This document shows, in pieces, positions 54,440-63,802 of a stretch of 64,000 nt of DNA. The notes beneath the pieces were generated by a model. That model searched no databases. It worked only from the letters and a program-made list of their open reading frames with translations, and was not told where the DNA came from. The stretch is taken from contig OY969474.1 in NCBI GenBank assembly GCA_963700145.1, forward strand, positions 1,568,001 to 1,632,000, written 5' to 3'. The stretch's first letter is position 1. Every line of letters starts with the position of its first letter. Source of the stretch: an uncultured Acidobacteriota bacterium (GTDB taxonomy: Bacteria > Acidobacteriota > Thermoanaerobaculia > Multivoradales > UBA5704). The translations under genes and the position numbers were made by a program.

Positions 54440-55519
54440 TTGCCGGCGGTCGCGGTCTCCACACCTGGCAAGCTCATCCTCATCGGCGAGCACGCCGCCG
54501 TCTACGGTCGCCCCGCGCTCGTCGCGGCCGTGGACCGCCGCCTGACCGCCCGCCTGACGCCGCGTCTCGCCGGCGGGGTCGAGCTCGATCTTCCCCAGGT
54601 CGGCTACCGCGAAGAGCTCTCCTGGAGCGACCTCCTCGCCTACGCGCGCGAGGTCCGCGAGCGCTGGGAGCGCTACGCCGCCGAGCCCGGCGCCGCCGCC
54701 TTCCAGGCGGTACGCGGCGGCGACCCGGCGCACGTCGTCAAGGTCGCGCTCGGCGAGGCGGCCGAGGCGCTGGGCGAGGCCGGCGGCCCGCCGCTCCACC
54801 TACGCATCGACTCCCAGCTCCCGATCGGCTCCGGCTTCGGCAGCTCGGCGGCCACGGCGGTGGCGGTGGTGGCGGGGTACCTCGCCTTCCGCGGCGCCGA
54901 CGCCGGCCCGGAGGCCGTCCGCCGGCTGGCGCTGGAGGTCGAGCGCCGCCAGCACGGCATGCCCTCGGGGGTGGACGGCGCCACGGTCTTCGAGGGCGGC
55001 GTCCTCTGGGCGCGCCGCACGGCGGACGGCGGCCTCGAGAGCGAGCCGGTCGAGGCGCGCTCGCCGCTCCTCGCGGCGCTCCGCGTCTACGACACCGGCG
55101 CCCCTCCCGAGCCCACCGGGGCGGTCGTGGCGGCGGTGCGCGACCGCTGGCAGGGCGACCCGGCAGGCCTGGACCGCCTCCTCGACGGGATCGAGGCGGC
55201 GACCCGCGCCCTCCGCGCCGAGCTGGAGCGGGAGCGCGCGGACCCGGCGGCCGCCGTCCCCCTCCTGCGCGAGGCCGAGGCCTGCCTGGAGGAGCTGGGG
55301 GTGGTGCCGCCGGCGGTGCGCGAGCTGGCGCGGCGGGTCGAGGCCGAGGGGGGGGCGGCCAAGGTCTCGGGGGCGGGCTCCCTCGCCGGTCCGGCCGCCG
55401 GCTGCCTCCTCGTCTACCATCCCGACCCGGGCCGGATCCCGACCTGGCCCTTTCTTCGCAGGCTCTCTCATCTTCCGGTCGCCTTGGGGGCGGCCGGCTG
55501 CCGCCGGGAGGCGGCCTGA
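54440..55519 (+). CDS. mvk: Mevalonate kinase
   Basis: TTG start; PGKLILIGEHAAVYG, PIGSGFGSSAA GHMP motif, HG.PSGVD, KVSGAG. Confidence 0.9.
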   Translation: MPAVAVSTPGKLILIGEHAAVYGRPALVAAVDRRLTARLTPRLAGGVELDLPQVGYREELSWSDLLAYAREVRERWERYAAEPGAAAFQAVRGGDPAHVVKVALGEAAEALGEAGGPPLHLRIDSQLPIGSGFGSSAATAVAVVAGYLAFRGADAGPEAVRRLALEVERRQHGMPSGVDGATVFEGGVLWARRTADGGLESEPVEARSPLLAALRVYDTGAPPEPTGAVVAAVRDRWQGDPAGLDRLLDGIEAATRALRAELERERADPAAAVPLLREAEACLEELGVVPPAVRELARRVEAEGGAAKVSGAGSLAGPAAGCLLVYHPDPGRIPTWPFLRRLSHLPVALGAAGCRREAA

Positions 55520-56524
55520 ATGCTCAAGGCCACGATCGCCGCGCCCGCCAACATCGCCTTCATCAAGTACTGGGGCGCGAAGGACTTAGACCACGCGATC
55601 CCGAACAACCCGTCGATCTCGATGACGCTGTCGCGCTGCGTCTCGAACTGCACCGTCGAGCCGCTCGGCGGCGACGCCCGGGAGGACGAGGTCTGGCTGG
55701 CGCAGAGCGGCGGCGGCTTCGCCACCCCGGCCCACGGCTTCGGCGAGAAGGTGCGGGCGCAGCTCGACCGGGTGCGCGAGTGGTCGGGCTGGGAGGGGCG
55801 CTTCCGGGTGGCCACGCGCACCGAGTTCCCGAGCGCCGCCGGGCTCGCCTCGTCGGCGTCGGGCTTCGCGGCCTTGACGCTCGCCAGCGTCGCCGCCCTC
55901 GACCGCATGGCGACGCCGCAGGAGCTCTCGGCGCTGGCCCGCCGCAGCGGCTCGGGGTCGGCGGCGCGCTCCTGCTTCGGCGGCTACGTCGAGTGGCCGG
56001 CGGGCGGGCCCGACGACGACCCCTGGGCCGGCGCCCTGGCGAGCGCCGACGACTGGGACCTGCGCGACGTGATCGCGGTGGTGGAGATCGGGCCGAAGAC
56101 GATCCCGTCGCTGGAGGGGCACCGGCGGGCACCGACCAGCCCCTACTACAAGCGGCGGCTGGAGCTGCTGCCGGAGCGGCTGGAGCGCACGCGGCTGGCG
56201 ATCAAGGAGCGGGACCTTTCGCTGCTCGGGCCGGCGCTGGAGGAGGAGGCGATCGATCTGCACTTGATCGCGATGTCGTCGCGGCCGCCGGTCTTTTACT
56301 GGAGCTCGGGGACGGTGGAGGTGCTGCGGTTGATCCGGGAGATGCGGCAGGAGGGGGTGGAGGCGTGGGCGACGATGGACGCGGGCGCGAACGTGCACGT
56401 GATCTGTACGCCGGAGGCGGAGGATGACGTGGCGGAGCGGTTGGAGGAGCTGCCGGCGGTGGGGTTCGTGATCCGCGACTGCGTGGGGTCTGGGCCTAGT
56501 CGGGAGATTGAGCATCTGTTCTGA
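55520..56524 (+). CDS. Diphosphomevalonate decarboxylase family enzyme (probably phosphomevalonate decarboxylase)
   Basis: NIAFIKYWG, P.N.SISMTL, AAGLASSASGFAAL, ARRSGSGSAARS.FGG, TMDAGANVH. Confidence 0.9.
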   Translation: MLKATIAAPANIAFIKYWGAKDLDHAIPNNPSISMTLSRCVSNCTVEPLGGDAREDEVWLAQSGGGFATPAHGFGEKVRAQLDRVREWSGWEGRFRVATRTEFPSAAGLASSASGFAALTLASVAALDRMATPQELSALARRSGSGSAARSCFGGYVEWPAGGPDDDPWAGALASADDWDLRDVIAVVEIGPKTIPSLEGHRRAPTSPYYKRRLELLPERLERTRLAIKERDLSLLGPALEEEAIDLHLIAMSSRPPVFYWSSGTVEVLRLIREMRQEGVEAWATMDAGANVHVICTPEAEDDVAERLEELPAVGFVIRDCVGSGPSREIEHLF

Positions 56525-56544
56525 GGGGGGATCGCGCGATCACC

Positions 56545-56703
56545 GCCCGCCGGGTGCGCTCCCCTACGGCACCGGCGCGCGAGTTGAGGACTTCGGATCT
56601 GAGTCGCGCGCCTCCGGTTCGCTGCGCGCCGGATCGGTGGCGGACTGCGGTGGGGTTGCCGGCGCTGGCTCACAGGTGCCTCCGGGGAGCGCACCCGGCG
56701 GGC
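56545..56703. repeat. 159-bp inverted-repeat-bounded element (REP/MITE-like)
   Basis: GCCCGCCGGGTGCGCTCCCC (56545) and its exact reverse complement (56684-56703), inner GGCACC/GGTGCC pair; right end reads GTAG on minus strand. Confidence 0.75.
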
Positions 56704-56727
56704 TACCGTCGTGGTGAACCCTTGCAT

Positions 56728-56762
56728 GTCATCCTGAGCGAAGCGAAGGATCTGGGCGGGGG
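56728..56762 (+). repeat. REP-like palindrome, copy 1
   Basis: GTCATCCTGAGCGAAGCGAAGGATCTGGGCGGGGG. Confidence 0.8.
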
Positions 56763-56767
56763 AAGCT

Positions 56768-57553
56768 GTGGCTGACATCACCCTATTGAAGCTCGGCGGT
56801 AGCCTGATCACGGAGAAGGAGCGGGCTCGGACTGCGCGAGGGGAGGTAATCCGGCGGCTGGCGGGGGAGATCGTCGCGGCCGGGGCGGGGGGCTTGGTGC
56901 TCGGGCATGGGAGTGGGTCGTTCGGGCATGTGGCGGCGGCGCGGGCGGGCTTGGGGAGCGGGCCGGTGGCGCGGGAAAACCTGGACGGCGTGGCGGACAC
57001 GCAAGCGGAGGCGGCGGAGCTGCATCGGATGGTCGTCGTGGCGTTGCGGGAAGCGGGAGCGCGACCGTTTTCGTTCGTGCCGGGGAGCTTCTTGGTGGGA
57101 AGGAGCGGGCATGAGCACGGAGTGTTGCCGCCTGCGCTGCCGGTGGCGCTGCGCTCGGGCTTCCTCCCCGTGGTCTACGGCGACGTGGTTCTGGACACCG
57201 AGTGGGGCGCCGCGATCGTCTCGACGGAGGTCGTCTTCATCTTCCTCGCCCGCGAGCTGTTGGCCGCCGGCTTCACTGTCCGCCGCGCGATCTGGCTCGG
57301 CGAAACGGCCGGCCTCCTCGACTCCGCCGGTCGTACCATCCCTGAAATTCATCCCGACGATTGGGACACCGCCGTCAGGGCGCTCAGGTCCCCACGAGGC
57401 ACCGACGTCACCGGCGGCATGGGCCTCCGTCTCGTCGCCGCCGCCGCCCTGTCGGATGACGGCATCCCTTCGCTCCTCGCCGACGGCACCGTCCCCGGGC
57501 TCCTGGAGCGCGCCCTTCGCGGCGAGATGGTGCCGGGCACGCTGATAGGCTGA
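56768..57553 (+). CDS. Isopentenyl phosphate kinase (amino acid kinase superfamily)
   Basis: LKLGGSLIT.K, GHGSGSFGH (IPK signature His), PVVYGDVV, IVSTE, DVTGGM; located in mevalonate operon. Confidence 0.88.
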   Translation: MADITLLKLGGSLITEKERARTARGEVIRRLAGEIVAAGAGGLVLGHGSGSFGHVAAARAGLGSGPVARENLDGVADTQAEAAELHRMVVVALREAGARPFSFVPGSFLVGRSGHEHGVLPPALPVALRSGFLPVVYGDVVLDTEWGAAIVSTEVVFIFLARELLAAGFTVRRAIWLGETAGLLDSAGRTIPEIHPDDWDTAVRALRSPRGTDVTGGMGLRLVAAAALSDDGIPSLLADGTVPGLLERALRGEMVPGTLIG

Positions 57554-57561
57554 CTGCGGCG

Positions 57562-58512
57562 ATGGCCGACCTCGACGCGCACCTGCTCAAGACGAGCCGC
57601 ACGTTTGCGCTCTGCATCCCGCGGCTGGGGCAGCCGACGCGGCGGGAGGTGACGCTCGCCTATCTCCTGCTGCGGGTCGCCGACACGTTCGAGGACGCGG
57701 CCGCCTGGCCGCGGGCGCGGCGGATCGAGGCGCTGGAGCGGTTCGGCGCGCTCCTCGCGCGGCGCGCGCCCGAGGAGACGGCGGCGCAGGCTGCGGTCTG
57801 GGCGGAGGAGGTCCCCTGCGCCTGGCTGGCGTACCGGGAGCTGCTGGCCGACCTGCCCGAGGTGCTCGACGCCTTCTTCGGCCTGGCGCCGCCGGCGGTG
57901 GAGCTCATCCGCGCCCACATGCTACGCACGATCCGCGGCATGGCGGGGTACGTGGCGCGCACCGACGGCGCCGGCGAGCTGCGGCTGGCCGACCTCGCCG
58001 ACCTGCGCGGCTACTGCTACGTGGTGGCGGGGATCGTCGGCGAGCTGCTGACCGAGCTCTACCTGCTCGAGCGGCCGGAGCTCGCGGCGGTGGCGCCGCG
58101 GCTGCGCGAGCGGGCGCCGTTCTTCGGCGAGGGGCTGCAGCTCGTCAACATCCTCAAGGACTCGGCGTCCGACGCGGTCGAGGGGCGCTGCTATCTGCCG
58201 GCGGCGGTGGACCGCGCCGAGGCGCTGGCGCTGGCGCGCGAGGACCTGCGAGCGGCGGCCGAGTACGTGCTGGCGCTCCAGGCCGCCGGCGCCGAGCGCG
58301 GCCTGGTGGCCTTCAACGCCCTGCCGGCCGAGCTGGCGCTCGCCACGCTCGACCGCGTCGAGGCCGCCGGCCCCGGCGCCAAGCTCACCCGCCGCGAGGT
58401 CTTCGACATCGTCGACCGCGTCAACCAGGCCCTCGAGCGCGATGCCCCGGCCGTCTCCCCCGCCGTCTGGAACCCGGCGCAAGCCGCAACCGCCCCTCGC
58501 GCCGCGCACTAA
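57562..58512 (+). CDS. Squalene/phytoene synthase family protein
   Basis: LLKTSRTFAL.I, AYLLLRVADTFED, YCYVVAGIVGELLTEL, GLQLVNILKD...D..EGRCYLP. Confidence 0.9.
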   Translation: MADLDAHLLKTSRTFALCIPRLGQPTRREVTLAYLLLRVADTFEDAAAWPRARRIEALERFGALLARRAPEETAAQAAVWAEEVPCAWLAYRELLADLPEVLDAFFGLAPPAVELIRAHMLRTIRGMAGYVARTDGAGELRLADLADLRGYCYVVAGIVGELLTELYLLERPELAAVAPRLRERAPFFGEGLQLVNILKDSASDAVEGRCYLPAAVDRAEALALAREDLRAAAEYVLALQAAGAERGLVAFNALPAELALATLDRVEAAGPGAKLTRREVFDIVDRVNQALERDAPAVSPAVWNPAQAATAPRAAH

Positions 58513-58521
58513 CCTTAGCCC

Positions 58522-58556
58522 GTCATCCCGAGCGCAGCGAGGGATCTGGGCGGGGG
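58522..58556 (+). repeat. REP-like palindrome, copy 2
   Basis: GTCATCCCGAGCGCAGCGAGGGATCTGGGCGGGGG; 32/35 identical to copy 1. Confidence 0.8.
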
Positions 58557-58598
58557 CGCCGTCATGCCCGTCACTATAATCCGCCGCCGGAGGTGCCG

Positions 58599-60495
58599 AT
58601 GGCCCGCGTGCTCGATCTACCGCTCGTCGCTCCCCTGCTCTTCTCCTTCGCCGCCCTCCTCTGCGCCTGCGCCGGCGCGCCCGCGCCGGCGCCCTCCGGC
58701 TCCTCCACGCCGGCCGCCGCGCCCGCCGTCCAGGACCCTCACTCCTACGCCAAGCCCCAGGAGGTCGCCGTCGAGCACCTCGGGCTCGACCTCACGGTCG
58801 ACTTCCCGCGCAAGCAGCTCGCCGGGCGCGCCAGCCTCCGCATTCGCAACCGCACCGGCGCCACCCGGCTCCACCTCGACACCCGCGACCTCGACGTCCG
58901 CCGCATCCTCCTCGACGGCGGCACCGAGGCGCGCTTCACCCTCGGCGACCCCAAGCCCTTCCTCGGCCGCGAGCTGACCGTCGAGATCGCGCCCGACACG
59001 CGCGTCGTCCACATCGACTACGCCACCAGCGCCGACGCGGCCGCCCTGCAGTGGCTGGAGCCGCGGCAGACCTCGGGCGAGCACCCGTTCCTCTTCACCC
59101 AGTCGCAGGCGATCCTCGCCCGCACCTGGGTGCCGCTCCAGGACACGCCGAGCGTGCGCATGACCTACGAGGCGACCGTGCGCGTGCCGCCCGAGCTGAT
59201 GGCGGTGATGAGCGCCGAGAACCCGACGGCGAAGTCCGCCGACGGCGTCTACCGCTTCCGCATGCCGCAGGCCATCCCCTCCTACCTCCTGGCGCTCGCC
59301 GTCGGCGACCTCGCCTTCCGGCCGCTCGGCGACCGCGCCGGCGTCTACGCCGAGCCGGCGGTCGTCGAGCGCGCCGCCTGGGAGCTGGCCGACACCCCGA
59401 AGATGATCGCCGCCGCCGAGAAGCTCTACGGCCCCTACCGCTGGGGACGCTACGACGTGCTGGTGCTGCCGCCGAGCTTCCCCTTCGGCGGCATGGAGAA
59501 CCCGCGCCTCACCTTCGCCACGCCGACGATCCTGGCCGGCGACCGGTCGCTCGTGTCCCTCGTGGCGCACGAGCTGGCCCACTCATGGTCGGGGAACCTG
59601 GTGACCAACGCCACCTGGAACGACTTCTGGCTCAACGAGGGGTTCACCGTCTACTTCGAGAACCGCATCATGGAAGCGCTCTACGGCCGCTCGTACTCCG
59701 AGATGCTCGCGGCCCTCGGGCGTGGCGACCTCCTCGAGACGATCGAGGAGCTGGGCGCGGACAGCCCGGACACGCGGCTCAAGCTCGAACTCACCGGCCG
59801 CGACCCGGACGACGGGGTCACCGACGTCGCCTACGAGAAGGGGTATTTCCTGCTGCGGCGGATCGAGGAGGTCGTAGGGCGGAAGCCCTTCGACAAGTTC
59901 GTCAGCTCCTACTTCCAGCGCCACGCCTTCCGCTCGATGGACACCGAGACCTTCCTCGCCCTCCTCGACCGCGAGCTCCTCGCCAAGCACCCGGAGCTAA
60001 AGGCCGAGGTACGCCAGTGGGTCTACGAGCCGGGCCTCCCGGCGACCGCGCCGCAGCCCAAGTCCGACGCCTTCGCCAAGGTCGAGGCGCAAGCGCAGGC
60101 GTTCGCGGCCGGCACCCCGGCGGCCGACGCTCGCGACGCAGGGCTGGTCCACCCACGAGTGGCTCCACTTCCTCCGCACCCTCCCCGACCCGCTTCCCGC
60201 CGAGCGCATGGCCGACCTCGACCAGACCTTCAAGCTCTCCGACAGCGGCAACTCCGAGGTCCTCGCCGCCTGGCTGGAGAAAGTCATCGCCAGCAGCTAC
60301 GCCCCCGCCTACCCCGCCCTCGAGCGCTTCCTCACCGGCATGGGCCGGCGGAAGTTCCTCCAGCCGCTCTACACAGCGTTGGCGAAGACCCCCGCCGGCG
60401 CCGAACTGGCGCTCCATATCTACGAGAAGGCGAGGCCGGGGTACCACACGGTGTCGCGGCAGACGATTGACAAGATTCTGGACTGGCGGGGGTGA
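58599..60495 (+). CDS. M1 aminopeptidase (leukotriene A4 hydrolase-like lipoprotein), one frameshift near 60125
   Basis: TATAAT at 58575; lipobox-like LCAC; DPHSYA, SFPFGGMENP, HELAHSWSGN..WLNEG, AYEKG; C-terminal GRRKFL.PLY...YH in next frame. Confidence 0.92.
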
Positions 60496-60608
60496 GGGTC
60501 GCGATCTGAACGCTTCGCACGGGAACACCGACCGCGATATCTTGCAAGCGATTGGCCTTGCAGTCGTCAACTACTCGCACGTGGAAGAGGCCCTTCCGTG
60601 ACGGCGAC

Positions 60609-61493
60609 TTACACAAATTGTCGAACCTCTGCCTCCAGTAGATCCTTTGTCATGAGTTGGCAGCTCACCGGAACCACTCGCTCGCGAATTCTCTGGAGAG
60701 TCCGGAACATTGTACCATCAGTCGTGAACGCTGAGCAGTATGGTAGCAAGCTGATGTGGTGAAGTCACCTATGTCTGAGCCCCTGAGCTTTGGCCGGTTG
60801 GCCCTGTCGAACGCTACGTAGGAATACCAAAAACACAGGGAGCTGAGGCGAAACCGAAGTCAAGAGGGGACGAAGGCCCGCTCGAGCGCGCTGACCAACG
60901 TCCGTTAGGATCGCGTCAAGGTCTCTCCAGTAGGCGTGACGAAGATCAAGAGAAAACAAGAAGAGCTCCTTGGTCTCTTCTAGCTCGGTGAACTTACCAG
61001 CCTTGTCCTGCTTGAGATATCCATGGCTACAGGCATTCTCAATGATGCTCGTCACGTCCGCGGGCCAGCTCTTCTTGGCTTCCTCGTAGTCGAGGCTCCA
61101 AGTGTGGATGTCGAGTCCCTGCCTCAAGAAAAGGTCGTCCCTCCGCAATAGCCCAAGCAGAGCTGCCTCTCGCAACTCGGCGGAGAGGTCGAACAAGTCC
61201 AGCTCAATCGGGAGGGCTTGCAGTTGGTTCAAATGAGCAGCGACTTCCATCATCCAGACCTTCCGCGGGTTAACGATGACACAAGGAACGCGAGCCAGGA
61301 AGCGCGCTGCTGCGGCACCTCTCTCCTTTTCCCCTGCTCTCTGCCAGCCCGGGTTGTAGAGTTCGACCATCGACAAGGACGTAAGTAGGACTGTGAAGCC
61401 ATTGGACCTCACGAAGGCCGTGAGCCGGGCATCAGCTTCCGGATCGGAGAGAAGCGGGAATACCCAATTGTCAAGAAAGATGTAGCTACGCAT
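60609..61493 (-). CDS. Low-GC hypothetical protein, possibly PIN-like; two compensating frameshifts near the 3' end
   Basis: N-terminal YIFLDNWV; C-terminal D.GDFHHISLLPYCSAFTTD reached by frame changes; total span is 3n. Confidence 0.5.
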
Positions 61494-61510
61494 ATCTTAC
61501 TCATAACACC

Positions 61511-61573
61511 GACTGACGACCTAGCTAACCCAGCGCGCGCCCTTGTGCGTCCGTGTTCAGCGCATTGTCGGGC
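61511..61573 (-). mobile_element. Integron attC-like recombination site
   Basis: Minus strand GCCCGAC-AATGC-GCTGAAC...GTTAGC-TAGGTC-GTCAGTC: R''/L''/L'/R' layout with extrahelical G; lies between two co-oriented low-GC ORFs. Confidence 0.6.
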
Positions 61574-61582
61574 AAGTATGCG

Positions 61583-62434
61583 TTATTGCAAGACCTGATT
61601 CCTTGTTACAGCCTTGATCACGACGTCCCGTGATTCACCGGGAAGGACTTTCATTACCTCAACCTCGGCGAAACTCGGCTTGCCAGTGCGTCCGTCTACG
61701 TGCGCTTCGATTACGTACCCCAGCGGGCTGTAAGGTAGCTCTACTTCAGGCTCTGCCTCGATGGCTGTGGTTGCGACCCCTAGGTAAAACAGCGGTCGCG
61801 CTGTAAACCATGTATCGGGCAAAATGGCGAACACAGAATAGCCGATCCTGTCCGTTCGTTGCGGCTTACCTTCTCCCGTCTGCAGCTTGATCTTGAGCTT
61901 TACATCGGTCTGGATGTCCTGCTCGAACTTCGGCGGCGGCGAACTGCGCGGCGGCGCAGGCAGGGCATAGACAGCCACGGCAATGGCTGTGCATACCGCA
62001 AGGTTCGCCAGTGCCTCCTTCATATCCAGAGCTTTTCCCAGCGCAAGCATTATTGTGCTTGCGCTAAGCAGCACCGCCAGAAACCCAGCGCCCTGCCGAT
62101 AGGTGATCTGCGGAATGTTAACCACCGCGGCCGCGACCACCGGCGCTCCAAAGGCCGCGAGCGTACGCGTCATAGCGCCAGCGCGTGTGAACAGGTTTCC
62201 TTCTACGCTCTTGGTCTTGAACAGTGCGAGGTTGCCCATGGCCCATGTCAGGCCGATCATACCCAGGGAAAGCAGCGTCAGCTCCGGCCAACTGCCCAGA
62301 CCCAGCCAGACCAGATAAATTTCCGCCGCCACCAGGCCAAGCATCACTAGGCTGATAATCTTCTCGAGCAGAGAGACCGCGTGCGTGCTTGTGCTGGTTG
62401 GCCCTACACCCTGTGGGTTGAATAGGACACTCAT
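61583..62434 (-). CDS. Low-GC multi-pass membrane protein of unknown function
   Basis: About five hydrophobic segments then soluble C-terminal domain; GGGAG RBS before MSVLFN; atypical codon usage. Confidence 0.65.
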   Translation of the reverse strand: MSVLFNPQGVGPTSTSTHAVSLLEKIISLVMLGLVAAEIYLVWLGLGSWPELTLLSLGMIGLTWAMGNLALFKTKSVEGNLFTRAGAMTRTLAAFGAPVVAAAVVNIPQITYRQGAGFLAVLLSASTIMLALGKALDMKEALANLAVCTAIAVAVYALPAPPRSSPPPKFEQDIQTDVKLKIKLQTGEGKPQRTDRIGYSVFAILPDTWFTARPLFYLGVATTAIEAEPEVELPYSPLGYVIEAHVDGRTGKPSFAEVEVMKVLPGESRDVVIKAVTRNQVLQ

Positions 62435-62929
62435 GAATGCTCCCTGCCTTTGACTACCTGCGGCACCAGGCCAACCTCTGTTTCTACGACTCGCCGAGGC
62501 GCGGTTATGGTCGGCATGGCCCACGGTCGGCTAATGTCTATGGTCCGTGGCTCCGACTGCGCCGATGCTCCATGCGTAGGCCTCTCAATCAGTTGGCCAG
62601 TATAACAAGAGGAGACACGAGCCCTTGCGTGGGGGAGCGCCGCCTAAGCTCCGGTGGCGGAAGCGGCGGCTCAGGCTGCCTGAAGCTCGCGCCATCAGGA
62701 GGCGATGGTGATTAGCGGCGCGCGGGCGGCAACTCGTGTGCGGCGCGCTTGCCTGGGGGCGCGGGCGACGCTACACTCGGGGGCGTAAGTAGGGCAGCAG
62801 GATCGATCAAGAACGCGTGAAGCCGGCCGCACGCCGGGGCATCGAACGCGCGGGCCGAGAACGTGAAGCGGACGCGACAGAGTTGGCACCTCTGCCGCGC
62901 CCTGGACCACACACGGAGGACTAAGCTCC

Positions 62930-63286
62930 ATGCGCAGTCTTGGGACGAAGTCTAGCAACGCCGCCGGTCCCGCCTCTGACACCCCGTATCTCCCCTTCCC
63001 CATCGTGGAGGACCTGAAGCTCTCCGAGCTCCTCGAGAGCCCGGCGGGGCGCGCCGTCGCCGGCGTCTTGGAGCGGCGGGCGCGGCGGGAAGAAAAGAGC
63101 GAGCGGGCGCGGCGGGCGCGTGCGGCGGGGCGCCGGTCGGGGACGGTTTGCGGTCGCTGGACCGGGAGCGGGCGGGTGCCGGACCTGCGGCTGTCGGGAA
63201 GGTGGCTACGGGCGGCGGGTTTCGACCTCGGGCAGGCGTACGAGGTGGAGGTGCGCTCCGGGAGGCTCGTAATCAGGGCGGTTTGA
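62930..63286 (+). CDS. SymE-family (AbrB-fold) type I toxin-like protein
   Basis: GGAGGA RBS; C-terminal VPDLRLSGRWLRAAGFDLGQAYEVEVRSGRLVI matches the SymE pattern. Confidence 0.78.
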   Translation: MRSLGTKSSNAAGPASDTPYLPFPIVEDLKLSELLESPAGRAVAGVLERRARREEKSERARRARAAGRRSGTVCGRWTGSGRVPDLRLSGRWLRAAGFDLGQAYEVEVRSGRLVIRAV

Positions 63287-63297
63287 GCGCCCCGCCA

Positions 63298-63360
63298 GCG
63301 GCGGCGACCACCACGGAGGCGGCGGCGACCACCGCGGACTCGGCGGCAGTCTTCGCGGTG
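63298..63360. repeat. Short degenerate 21-bp-period repeat E (3 units)
   Basis: GCGGCGGCGACCACCACGGAG / GCGGCGGCGACCACCGCGGAC / TCGGCGGCAGTCTTCGCGGTG. Confidence 0.55.
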
Positions 63361-63529
63361 GTGAGGGTGAGGGTCACGGCGCCGCCGGCGATCTGGAGGG
63401 CGCTGATGTGCCATTCCGGCAGAGAACGACTCAAGGCTTGGCGACTCCTAGGGTTCTGGGCACGACAGGTTCTCCTTTCGTTCGTTGGGGATGGAGCGTG
63501 CGACGCTCCGCGACGCCCGCCGAGCGGCG

Positions 63530-63802
63530 CGAAATGGCCTCCGGGAGGCGCGGAACTCCCTGCGGCGGCTTCGGAACCCTTTCCCGGAGCGTGGGAATGG
63601 GTTGCGCGGGCCGGGGAATGGGTTGCGCGGGCCGGGGAATAGGTTGCGGAGCGTCGGGAATCCATTCCGAGCGGCTCGGAACAGGTTCCGCAGCGCGCGC
63701 AACCCATTCCCGGCGTCGCGCAACTGGTTCCCGGCGCTGCGCAAGAGGTTCCGCAGCGTGCGCAGGAGGTTCCGAGGTCCCGGGAGGACATTGCGAGGCT
63801 CC
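63530..63802. repeat. 21-bp-period palindromic array D (about 13 units, SGSAA-N4-TTSCS + 7 nt)
   Basis: Unit heads at 63551, 63572, 63593 ... 63782 with exact 21-bp spacing, e.g. CGGAAcaggTTCCG, GGGAAtgggTTGCG, CGCAAcccaTTCCC. Confidence 0.9.

Noticed and set aside
62642-62718. Second attC site (GCCTAAG...ATTAGCG)
   Set aside because: Core triplets non-canonical and no L-box pairing found
62884-62898. Sigma-54 promoter before symE-like gene (TGGCAC...CCGC)
   Set aside because: Spacing fits but the TTGC element is missing; plausible by chance at this GC content
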